Shown here: piece by piece, positions 24,564 through 32,000 of the stretch
Layout of the letters: each line of letters begins with the position of its first letter
Numbering within the stretch: the stretch's first letter is position 1
Assembly: GCA_964536865.1 (NCBI GenBank)
Contig: CAZHYN010000001.1
Span: forward strand, 60,001 to 92,000
From: an uncultured Planctomycetia bacterium
GTDB taxonomy: Bacteria > Omnitrophota > Gorgyraeia > Duberdicusellales > 4484-171
Direction of reading: 5' to 3'
Length of the DNA stretch: 32,000 nt
The notes under the pieces: generated by a model
What the model saw: the letters and a program-made list of their open reading frames with translations, nothing else
Told to the model about the DNA's origin: nothing
The model's database searches: none
Position numbers and translations under genes: made by a program

Positions 24564-25427
24564 ATGCCAACCGTTAGTGTCATTATTCCTACCTATAATC
24601 GAGCGCATCTAGTTGGGAGAGCAATTGAGAGTGTTTTGGATCAGACGTTTCAAGATTTTGAAATTCTCGTAGTTGATGATCATTCAGTCGATAATACCGA
24701 AGAGGTAGTTAATGATTTTAATGACGCCAGAATTAGATATATTAAGCATCAAATAAATATGGGAGGGAATGCGACAAGGAATACGGGAGTAAAAAACTCA
24801 AAAGGAGAATATATTGCTTTTTTAGACTCAGATGACGAATGGCTACCGGAGAAGTTGAAGAAACAGATAGATATATTTCAGAGAGCACCAGATAAAGTTG
24901 GTTTAGTTTATAGCTGGGCAGAGATGATAGATGAGAAGGGTGAATTATTTAGAAAACTAAATTTTGTAGTAAAGGGTAGGGTCCTACAGAATATCCTAAG
25001 AGGTAATTTTATACCTTCTTCAACAGTAGTTGTAAAGAAAAAGTGCTTTGATGAAGTAGGATTATTTGATGAAAGCTTTGCGAGTTGCCAAGACCGAGAG
25101 ATGTGGACACGAATTGCTACCAAGTATGAAATAGAGGTGGTGCCCGAATATCTTGCTCGAATGTATAGAGATAAAAAAATTTCTATCAGTGCTTCCCCTA
25201 AAAAAGTAGTTTATGGATATTATCAGTATTTTATTAAGTTTCAGGAGTTATACTTATCAGAGGGTATGAGAGAAGAATTATCGCAAAATTTAAGTTGGGT
25301 TGCTTATGAGTTAATTAAGGAAGGATATAAAAAAAAGGCTAGAGAGTGTTTCAGACTATCATTTAAATATAGTAAGACTAACTGGAAAAATTATGCTAGA
25401 TTTTTCCTTTCCTTAATAAAGAGATAA
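24564..25427 (+). CDS. Family 2 glycosyltransferase
   Basis: VSVIIPTYNRAHLVGRAIESVLDQTFQDFEILVVDDHSVDNT and the DxD motif FLDSDDEW. Confidence 0.85.
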   Translation: MPTVSVIIPTYNRAHLVGRAIESVLDQTFQDFEILVVDDHSVDNTEEVVNDFNDARIRYIKHQINMGGNATRNTGVKNSKGEYIAFLDSDDEWLPEKLKKQIDIFQRAPDKVGLVYSWAEMIDEKGELFRKLNFVVKGRVLQNILRGNFIPSSTVVVKKKCFDEVGLFDESFASCQDREMWTRIATKYEIEVVPEYLARMYRDKKISISASPKKVVYGYYQYFIKFQELYLSEGMREELSQNLSWVAYELIKEGYKKKARECFRLSFKYSKTNWKNYARFFLSLIKR

Positions 25428-25459
25428 TTCTAGTCTTCTAAATAAATACGTGTAAGTAA

Positions 25460-26149
25460 GTGAGGGAAGTAAATATAAAAAACGATAGTGAATTATGGGA
25501 TGAAGTTTGGAAAAGGGTAAGGAGCGATTTCCATGAAGATAAGATTATCCTTTACCATGAGATTTCTTCTCTCCGCTGGAGAAAGATTGAAAAGAGAATT
25601 CTCAAGAATTACCGTTCTTTTAAAGTATTAGATGTTATAGAAATCAGAGTGGGTCGTGGAGAGAATGCTCTATTGATGGGGTTGAAGGGTGCTAATATAA
25701 CAATTTTAGATTATAGTGAGGTTGCTTTAGATAAAGCAAGATTACTATTCTCTCATTTTAATTGTAAAGCACGTTTTATAAAAGCTGATGTTTTTGACCT
25801 TCCTAAATATTTAATGAATAGTTTTGATATTTCTATGTCTTTTGGGCTAGCTGAACATTTTAAACACCCTCAACGACAACAAATTTTTAATTTTCACTTT
25901 ATTTTGTTAAAAGAAAAGGGCATATCTTTTATAAGTGTCCCTAATGCATTCTGTTTTCCTTATAGAATTGCTCATCTATTTTTAAAATTATTTAATAAAT
26001 TTCCTCTTTTAGAGATTCCCTTTACCCATGCTGAATTAAAAAAGAATGCTTATCTAGCTGGATATAAATCTTGTGAGATAGTGAGCAGTTGTTTTATTAA
26101 TGCTTTTGATGAGTTCTTGATAAAAAAATACATTGTATTTCTTTGCTAA
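25460..26149 (+). CDS. SAM-methyltransferase-like protein with a degenerate motif I; possibly truncated by an in-frame stop
   Basis: GTG start. VLDVIEIRVGRGENA replaces the canonical VLDvGcG.G. Also ILDYS, ADVFDL and FGLAEHF. A TAA at 26147-26149 is followed in frame by 35 sense codons (see findings). Confidence 0.5.
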   Translation: MREVNIKNDSELWDEVWKRVRSDFHEDKIILYHEISSLRWRKIEKRILKNYRSFKVLDVIEIRVGRGENALLMGLKGANITILDYSEVALDKARLLFSHFNCKARFIKADVFDLPKYLMNSFDISMSFGLAEHFKHPQRQQIFNFHFILLKEKGISFISVPNAFCFPYRIAHLFLKLFNKFPLLEIPFTHAELKKNAYLAGYKSCEIVSSCFINAFDEFLIKKYIVFLC

Positions 26150-26268
26150 GAGATTGGGTATGAGAAATTTTTTAAAAAAGAAAAGACTAAGAAAGAAATA
26201 CCAACTATACTTGATGATTACTTAGGATATTCTCTAACTTTAATTGGTTATAAATAGAAAAAATACTT

Positions 26269-27585
26269 ATGGAGAATAAAATTCTAATCATCGGTGCAGG
26301 ACCGACAGGGCTAGGCGCAGCCTACCATCTTAAAGAATTAGGATATAAAAATTGGCAAATTTTTGAAAGGAATGATTATGTAGGAGGATTATCTGCAAGT
26401 TTTAAAGATAGTAAAGGCTTTACTTGGGATATAGGGGGACATGTCCTTTTTTCTCATTATGAGTACTTTGATCGACTTTTGGATAATATTTTAGGTAAGA
26501 ATTATATAGAACATAAGCGTAAAGCTTTTATCTGGATAATGAATAGATGGGTGCCCTACCCTTTTCAGAATAATATTCGCTATTTACCTAGAGATAAAAT
26601 TTTTCATTGTCTCTTAGGATTGCTAAAAGAAAAGGTTAAAAAAAGTAACCCTAAGAATTTTAAAGAATGGATCTTTTCTAAATTTGGCTATGGTATTGCT
26701 AAATATTTTATGCTTCCTCATAATTACAAAATTTGGAGTCATCCTTTGGAGAAGATGTCTTACAATTGGATTGCAGAGAGAATAAGTATTATAGATATTA
26801 AAAAAATTTTAAGAAATGTTATTTTTCAATACGATGATACTGGATGGGGACCAAATAAGTGGTTTAAATTTCCTTCCTCTGGTGGGACAGGAGAGATTTT
26901 TAGAAGATTTATCCCTTACATTAAAGATCACCTTTTTATTAAAAAAGAAGTAATAAAGATTGATACAACACATAAGGAAGTTGTTTTTTCTGATGGAGAT
27001 AGGAGAAATTACGATATCCTTATTAATACTACACCTTTAGATGAGTTTATAAGAAGAACGGATTTAGTACAATTTTTTTCTCTGATAAACGAGCTAAAAC
27101 ATAATAGTGTAATTGTTATAGGAGTAGGTATAAAAAAACCATGTCCTAGTGATAAGTGCTGGATATATTTTCCTGAGAATAACTGCCCTTTCTATCGTGT
27201 AACTTATTTTTCTAATTACTCTCCTTATAATACTCCTCAAGGGGATTATTATTCCTTAATATGTGAGATTGCTTACTCTAAGTATAAACCGGTTAATAAG
27301 GATAAAATTATTGATGAGACAATTCAAGGATTGATTAATGTTAAGATGTTGAGTGAGGAGGATAGAGATTCTATTGTCTCTATAAATCTTATCGATGCTG
27401 AGTATGCCTATCCTATTCCCACGCTTAACAGAGATAAGACATTGAGAGATATTCACTCTTATTTAGAGCAGATAAATATTTATTCTCGAGGTCGCTTTGG
27501 AGCATGGAGGTATGAGATTGGCAATATGGATCATTGTGTTATGCAAGGAAAGGAGGTTGTAGATAAGGTTTTGGAGGTAAAATGA
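26269..27585 (+). CDS. glf: UDP-galactopyranose mutase, long (eukaryotic-type) form
   Basis: FAD Rossmann motif ILIIGAGPTGLGAA...GGL. Colinear blocks as I recall them from fungal/kinetoplastid UGM: GGHV.FSHY.YFD, RWVPYPFQNNI, F.EWI...G.GIA..FM.P.N.K.W, NWGPN..F.FP..GGTG.I, DKCW.YFPE.NCPFYR.T.FSNYSPYN, SRGRFG.WRYE.GN.DH. It does not resemble the short E. coli-type Glf. Confidence 0.7.
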   Translation: MENKILIIGAGPTGLGAAYHLKELGYKNWQIFERNDYVGGLSASFKDSKGFTWDIGGHVLFSHYEYFDRLLDNILGKNYIEHKRKAFIWIMNRWVPYPFQNNIRYLPRDKIFHCLLGLLKEKVKKSNPKNFKEWIFSKFGYGIAKYFMLPHNYKIWSHPLEKMSYNWIAERISIIDIKKILRNVIFQYDDTGWGPNKWFKFPSSGGTGEIFRRFIPYIKDHLFIKKEVIKIDTTHKEVVFSDGDRRNYDILINTTPLDEFIRRTDLVQFFSLINELKHNSVIVIGVGIKKPCPSDKCWIYFPENNCPFYRVTYFSNYSPYNTPQGDYYSLICEIAYSKYKPVNKDKIIDETIQGLINVKMLSEEDRDSIVSINLIDAEYAYPIPTLNRDKTLRDIHSYLEQINIYSRGRFGAWRYEIGNMDHCVMQGKEVVDKVLEVK

Positions 27586-28529
27586 AGGACCTTTCTATAA
27601 GTATTGTTAATTTTAATACAAGAGAGCCGCTTAGACTCTGTTTAAAATCAATTAAGGAGAACATTAAAGGAATAGATTATGAGGTTATAGTAGCAGATAA
27701 TAACTCTAAAGATGGCAGTGTAGAAATGGTAAAGAATGAATTTAGTTTTGTTAAACTCATCATCAATAAGGAGAATAAAGGCGCAACTATTGCAAAAAAT
27801 CAAATTTTTAGAGAAGCGAGAGGTAATTATATTTTGATTCTTGATAGCGATATCGAAATTTTACCAGGTACAGTCAAGGAGATGATTAAATTTATGAAGG
27901 AGAATCCCAAGATAGGGATTCTAGGACCAAAGATATTTTTCCCTAACGGTAGACAGCAACATTCTTGCAATAAGTTTGTACCCACTCTTTGGAGTGTCCT
28001 TGTCAATAAAATTTTCTTTTTTGCTGATTTGAGATATAGATTTTATCGGAGTAAAATTGGAGATTTATATCTAAGAAGAAGGTATAATCGACCTGAGGAA
28101 TTTACATGGTTAGGGGGAATGTGTCTTTTGGTTCGGAAAGAAGTTGTACAGCAGATCGGTGGGATGGATGAGAATTTCTTTATCTATTATGACGATACAG
28201 ATTTCTGCTTACGAGCAAAAAATATTGGTTGGAAAATATATTATCTTCCTTTCGTTTCAGTTATTCATCATATGAGTAAAGGAGTGAGGCAATTTAGTAA
28301 TTTTCTCTATCCTAAAATTTTCGAAAGTGAACTCTACTTTTTTGAGAAACATTACGGAAAATTTCAATCAAAAGTTTGTGCTGCACTTATTCAAGCAAAT
28401 ATGCTTCTCCGTATGAGTTTCTTTTCTTTTCTATCTCTTTTGGGGAAAGATTATTTCAAGAAAAGAATGAAAGCTTATTGGCAGGTATTTTGTTTAGCAG
28501 GAAAATATTTCTATGAAAAAACCCATTAA
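27582..28529 (+). CDS. Family 2 glycosyltransferase (rhamnosyl/galactofuranosyl-transferase-like subgroup)
   Basis: LSISIVNFNTREPLRLCLKSI...YEVIVADNNSKDGS, DxD motif LDSDIEI and YYDDTDFCLRA. ATGA overlap with the mutase gene. Confidence 0.8.
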   Translation: MKDLSISIVNFNTREPLRLCLKSIKENIKGIDYEVIVADNNSKDGSVEMVKNEFSFVKLIINKENKGATIAKNQIFREARGNYILILDSDIEILPGTVKEMIKFMKENPKIGILGPKIFFPNGRQQHSCNKFVPTLWSVLVNKIFFFADLRYRFYRSKIGDLYLRRRYNRPEEFTWLGGMCLLVRKEVVQQIGGMDENFFIYYDDTDFCLRAKNIGWKIYYLPFVSVIHHMSKGVRQFSNFLYPKIFESELYFFEKHYGKFQSKVCAALIQANMLLRMSFFSFLSLLGKDYFKKRMKAYWQVFCLAGKYFYEKTH

Positions 28530-29634
28530 ATCTTTATTTGTTTTCCCTATTTCTCAAATATACGGAGGAGAACAAGTCTGGCTTAAGTTTTTAGAGAGAG
28601 TAGATAGACGAAGAATTTTGCCTTTTGCCCTTCTTTTTGGTAAAGGTAAACTTTCAAAGAGATTGGATGAGATAAATATCCCTTATTATCTTTTGCCAGA
28701 AACAAGAATAAGGAAGATTCTTACTTTTCTAAAGAATCTTTTTCACATGATGTCTTTTTTAAAAGAAGAGAAATTTGATATTGTTAACTCTTTAGGTGTT
28801 CATTTGCTTACTACGCTTTCCACTTCTATTTTGAACGTCCCTTACGTTTTACATATTCATACTATCCATCCTCTGTCCTTAGTGGATAGATGGTGTGTAA
28901 GGAAAGCGAAGCACATAGTGACGGTAAGTAATTTTTCAAAAAATTTCCTTATCGGATATGAAGTGAAATCAGAGTATATTGAAGTAGTGTATAATGGGAT
29001 AGATATAGAAGAGTTAGAAAGAAGAAGTAAAGGAGTAAACCTGAGAGAAGAATTAGGTTTAGGGGAAGATACTTACATTGTCTGTTATATTGGTCGAATT
29101 GTTAAATGGAAGAATTTGGATGTACTTATTAAAGTTATACCCAATATAAAACAGGAATTTCAGGGAAAAGTAAAATTTTTATTCGTAGGAGATATACCAA
29201 GAATAGATACAGAAAATTTTGACTACAAGGATACTTTATTAAAATTAGCAGAGGATTTAGGCGTACAGGGTGAAGTTATTTTTACGGGGAGAAGAGAGGA
29301 TATACCCGATATTCTAAAAAATATAGATATATTTGTTCTCCCTAGTCATTTAGAAACATTTCCAATGTGTATTTTAGAAGCGATGGCCTTTAGTAAACCA
29401 GTGGTAGCAGTAGAAGTAGGAGGAATTCCTGAGTTAATTACAGAAGATACAGGAATACTGGTGAGGCCTAATGATTTGGATGGGTTAACGAGAGCAATCA
29501 CAGAATTATTAAAGGATGAAGGAAAGAGAAAGGAAATGGGCGAAGCTGGTTATAGAAGAGTAAGGGAATTTTTTGATATAGAAAATAATGTGACTAAGTT
29601 AGAAAGTATAATAGAGTGTTTATTGCAAAAATAG
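28513..29634 (+). CDS. Family 4 (GT-B) glycosyltransferase
   Basis: C-terminal E-x7-E region DIFVLPSHLETFPMCILEAMAFSKPVVAVEVGGIPELI. Confidence 0.85.
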   Translation: MKKPIKSLFVFPISQIYGGEQVWLKFLERVDRRRILPFALLFGKGKLSKRLDEINIPYYLLPETRIRKILTFLKNLFHMMSFLKEEKFDIVNSLGVHLLTTLSTSILNVPYVLHIHTIHPLSLVDRWCVRKAKHIVTVSNFSKNFLIGYEVKSEYIEVVYNGIDIEELERRSKGVNLREELGLGEDTYIVCYIGRIVKWKNLDVLIKVIPNIKQEFQGKVKFLFVGDIPRIDTENFDYKDTLLKLAEDLGVQGEVIFTGRREDIPDILKNIDIFVLPSHLETFPMCILEAMAFSKPVVAVEVGGIPELITEDTGILVRPNDLDGLTRAITELLKDEGKRKEMGEAGYRRVREFFDIENNVTKLESIIECLLQK

Positions 29635-30818
29635 GACGTCGCATAAAGAACAGATTTACTAAAAAGATAGTACGAGTCTTAAAGAATGGTTACTTTATTG
29701 CTATAGATCTTTTAGGTGAGTTTATATTTTGGTTAGCAAGAACGATAGGATTAATTTCATCAAAGGAAGAATTTTCTAAGGATAAAGTTAAGAAGATACT
29801 AGTAATTAGAACAGATAGGATTGGAGATGTGATACTTTCTATGCCAACTGTAAGAGCGTTAAGGGAGAATTTTCCAAAAAGCTTCCTTGGATTTTTAACC
29901 ACTACCTATACTAAGGAATTGGTTCTCGAAAGTAGAGATATCGACGAGGTAATGGTATACGAGCGAAAGGCTTCTTTGATTAGAAAGCTTAATTTTGTAA
30001 AAAAACTTAAAAGGTACAAATTCGATTTAGCTGTAGTTCTTTCTCCCTACTTTGAATCTGCTCTTCTTGGTTATCTATCTGGAGCAAGCTTCAGAATAGG
30101 ATACCCTCTGAATGGATCGGGATTTTTGTTCACTATTAAAGTAGATGTAAAAAATCGTTACAAACATGAAATTGAAAGTTGTTTAGATGTTGTGAGGACG
30201 ATTGGCATAGACACCATTAATAAAAAACCTCAGTTAATTTTGAGTCAAGAAGCTGAGAAGTTTGCTGAGGAATTTTTTGCTCAGCACAAGATTTTACCTT
30301 CCGATTTAAAAATTTGTATTCATCCTGGTGGACATGAAGAGCATACTCGTTGGATGCCAGATAGATACGCTCAGGTGGCAGATGTGTTAATAAAAGATTA
30401 TGGAGCAAAAGTTATTTTATTAGGAGCGAAAGCAGATAAAGATGTATTAGATAAAGTTTTGAGTTTTATGTCAGAGAAGCCAATCGTACCAGAATTACAC
30501 AATTCTTTACAAAAGTTAGGAGCAATTATAAAAAGATGTGATATATTTTTAGGTAACAATAGTGGGCCGATGCATGTAGCTTCGGCAGTGGAAACCCCTG
30601 TGGTAGCAATTTTCGGTGCTATTCATCCTTTAGAGCACGAGAATAAATGGGCACCTTTTGGAGAAGACCATATTATTGTAAGAAGAAAAATGGATTGTAT
30701 CGATTGTCATCCTGGCCATTGCGTAAACCTTAAGTGTCTTCGAATGATTACTGTAGATGAGGTGTTGAGAGCAATTTTTAAACAGATTGAAAGAATTAAT
30801 AAGAAGATTAATAAATAA
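29616..30818 (+). CDS. Family 9 glycosyltransferase (heptosyltransferase-like)
   Basis: ILVIRTDRIGDVILSMPTVRALRENFP, CDIFLGNNSGPMHVASAVETPVVAIFG and a terminal Cys cluster CIDCHPGHCVNLKCL. GTG start with a 19-nt overlap. Confidence 0.8.
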   Translation: MFIAKIGRRIKNRFTKKIVRVLKNGYFIAIDLLGEFIFWLARTIGLISSKEEFSKDKVKKILVIRTDRIGDVILSMPTVRALRENFPKSFLGFLTTTYTKELVLESRDIDEVMVYERKASLIRKLNFVKKLKRYKFDLAVVLSPYFESALLGYLSGASFRIGYPLNGSGFLFTIKVDVKNRYKHEIESCLDVVRTIGIDTINKKPQLILSQEAEKFAEEFFAQHKILPSDLKICIHPGGHEEHTRWMPDRYAQVADVLIKDYGAKVILLGAKADKDVLDKVLSFMSEKPIVPELHNSLQKLGAIIKRCDIFLGNNSGPMHVASAVETPVVAIFGAIHPLEHENKWAPFGEDHIIVRRKMDCIDCHPGHCVNLKCLRMITVDEVLRAIFKQIERINKKINK

Positions 30819-31669
30819 TGGAGAAAACAATTAAAGATAGAAGGATAAAAGAGGCAAATAAGATTATTTTTGATAGAGAGAGTAGATTTTATTCTAAAAG
30901 ACGACGAATAAAGTTTGATAGGAAAACCTCTTTAAAGTTGATGCGTGATTATGAAAACGTGATGGAAGATAAATTTCAACCTATTGATAGATTCTTAGAC
31001 ATAGGTTGTGGTGATGGCCTGATATTATTAAACTTAAAACCTCTTGGTTTTATCTCAAAAGCCTATGGAGTCGATCTTTCATTTGGCATGCTTAAGGAAT
31101 GCAAAAGTAATGCTAATAAGTTAAATATTAATGTTCTATTAGTGCAAAGTGATGTTGAACAATTACCATTTAAAGATAATAGTTTCGATTTAATTGTGGG
31201 TCATGCTATTCTACATCATCTACCAACTGCAAGAGAAGCTTTTAAAGAAGTCTATAGGTTACTTAAACTTAGAGGTAGATGTATTTTTATTGAACCCAGT
31301 AAGATAGGAAGTAAGATTATAGCCACTTTGAGATGGTTTATATGGTCCCTCCCTTTTCTTATAAGACAAATTACTAAAAGTCCTATGGAAAGATTGATTG
31401 AAGTTAATACTTTTACACCCCAAGAGTTAGAGAAAGAAGCTAGAATTTCGGGATTTAAAATAGTCTACACTAAACCTTTCGCTGGTTTTATATCAAGGAT
31501 ATTTTACTGGATTTTAGACCCTATTAGCCAAAGAACTTCAAATAGATATTATCACTTGATAGTAGATAAAATAATTAATATCCTTTCCATCTTAGATGAA
31601 CGACTTTTTCGCAAGTTCATACCTAAGGGATGGTTTGATGAGATATTTATTTTTATGCAGAAAATTTAG
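30818..31669 (+). CDS. Class I SAM-dependent methyltransferase (type 11-like)
   Basis: Motif I FLDIGCGDGLILL, YGVDLS, SDVEQLPF and FDLIVGHAILHHL. TAATG overlap with the upstream gene. Confidence 0.75.
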   Translation: MEKTIKDRRIKEANKIIFDRESRFYSKRRRIKFDRKTSLKLMRDYENVMEDKFQPIDRFLDIGCGDGLILLNLKPLGFISKAYGVDLSFGMLKECKSNANKLNINVLLVQSDVEQLPFKDNSFDLIVGHAILHHLPTAREAFKEVYRLLKLRGRCIFIEPSKIGSKIIATLRWFIWSLPFLIRQITKSPMERLIEVNTFTPQELEKEARISGFKIVYTKPFAGFISRIFYWILDPISQRTSNRYYHLIVDKIINILSILDERLFRKFIPKGWFDEIFIFMQKI

Positions 31670-31699
31670 GTCAAAAGATGATAGGAAAAGTTTAGTAAG

Positions 31700-32000
31700 A
31701 TGTTTCGAAAATTGAATATATTAATGGTTAATGATATTATTTTTCCTGACGTAAAGGGTGGTAGTGGAAGGGTAGTTAGAGAGCTCAGTAAAAGTTTGAT
31801 TAGAAAGGGCCACAACATTTCTGTTTTAGTCAGGAGAGCAAGTGAAATTTTACCTTTAAGAGAAAAAAAGGAAATTGAAATTTGTCGTTATAGTGTCAAT
31901 TATAGAAATAATTTAACTTTTTTTATTTCATCTTTAAAAAATGTTTATGTAACGTTCAACCATATATCTAAAGGAAGAAAATTTGACTTAATAATTTTTC
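31700..32000 (+). CDS. Family 4 glycosyltransferase, N-terminal part (3' partial, runs off the window)
   Basis: ATG 31700 opens a frame that stays open to the window end: MFRKLNILMVNDIIFPDVKGGSGRVVRELSKSLIRKGHNISVLV. This is the typical GT4 N-terminal G-rich loop. Confidence 0.6.
   Translation, partial: MFRKLNILMVNDIIFPDVKGGSGRVVRELSKSLIRKGHNISVLVRRASEILPLREKKEIEICRYSVNYRNNLTFFISSLKNVYVTFNHISKGRKFDLIIF

Noticed and set aside
26160-26225. A small basic ORF (MRNFLKKKRLRKKYQLYLMIT) in the 119-nt spacer.
   Set aside because: It has no SD and is a low-complexity poly-Lys peptide from an A-rich tract. The in-frame continuation of the upstream methyltransferase explains the spacer better.
2622-30830. 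Other short antisense or overlapping track ORFs: 2622..2936-, 5665..5895-, 8549..8797-, 14412..14756-, 15689..15883-, 16256..16501+, 16914..17114+, 18669..18869-, 22196..22381-, 23480..23695-, 23823..24008-, 24908..25123-, 27256..27456-, 29690..29902-, 30217..30408-, 30630..30830-.
   Set aside because: Each is fully or largely embedded opposite a longer ORF that has recognisable family motifs. Such shadow frames are expected in biased-composition DNA.
1-32000. A scan for CRISPR arrays, tRNA/rRNA genes, transposases or integrases, and long inverted or terminal repeats.
   Set aside because: I saw none by eye. The only repeats found are the short ones listed above and the paralogous gene pairs. 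A covariance-model search (tRNAscan, Infernal) would be needed to rule out small RNAs.

Overview
AT-rich window (about one-third G+C by eye) with a Lys/Glu/Ile-rich proteome. It looks like an uncultured or thermophile-like diderm bacterium; I cannot assign a taxon. It is almost entirely coding and packed into long same-strand operons with many ATGA/TAATG/GTGA start-stop overlaps. I saw no rRNA, tRNA, CRISPR, transposase or integrase. All family calls come from motif recognition by eye; no database search was run.

There are three functional blocks.

(A) 1-11731, outer-membrane module. It holds two ExeA/MshM-like AAA+ ATPases, a GspB/PilP-like bitopic protein and two tandem paralogous secretins. 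Each secretin is followed by its own membrane-anchored coiled-coil + TPR protein. The block also has a secreted unknown, an HD-GYP protein, a third long coiled-coil protein and a short TPR-fused Wza-like OPX protein. No pilin, GspE/PilB ATPase or GspF/PilC platform gene is in the window.

(B) 11765-17464, RiPP-like cassette inside the polysaccharide operon. Gene order is PqqD-family RRE, radical-SAM/SPASM enzyme, a 57-aa Cys-containing peptide ending in Ser, an HPr-kinase-like protein, an S26-type peptidase and a PF14907-type nucleotidyltransferase. A DrrAB-like ABC exporter lies convergently on the minus strand. This combines lasso-peptide-style leader recognition and tailoring genes with a radical-SAM core enzyme, and no lasso cyclase is present. 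It is my top candidate for an undescribed system.

(C) 17541-32000, Wzx/Wzy-type exopolysaccharide locus. It has a SurA-like repeat protein, a Wzc-like PCP/BY-kinase, a Wzy/O-antigen-ligase-like protein and a Wzx flippase. It also has three SAM methyltransferases, two GT2, two GT4 (one partial), one GT9 and a eukaryotic-type UDP-galactopyranose mutase.

Smaller observations:
- An ATT start codon is needed to encode the conserved N-terminus of the second ExeA-like gene.
- A near-identical 66-nt island is shared by the two secretin genes.
- A G-rich 10-bp direct repeat brackets the peptidase/nucleotidyltransferase junction in the same codon phase.
- An in-frame TAA in one methyltransferase is followed by 35 sense codons.
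- Back-to-back promoters appear to share one -35 region.
- A 12-mer is shared by two intergenic spacers.
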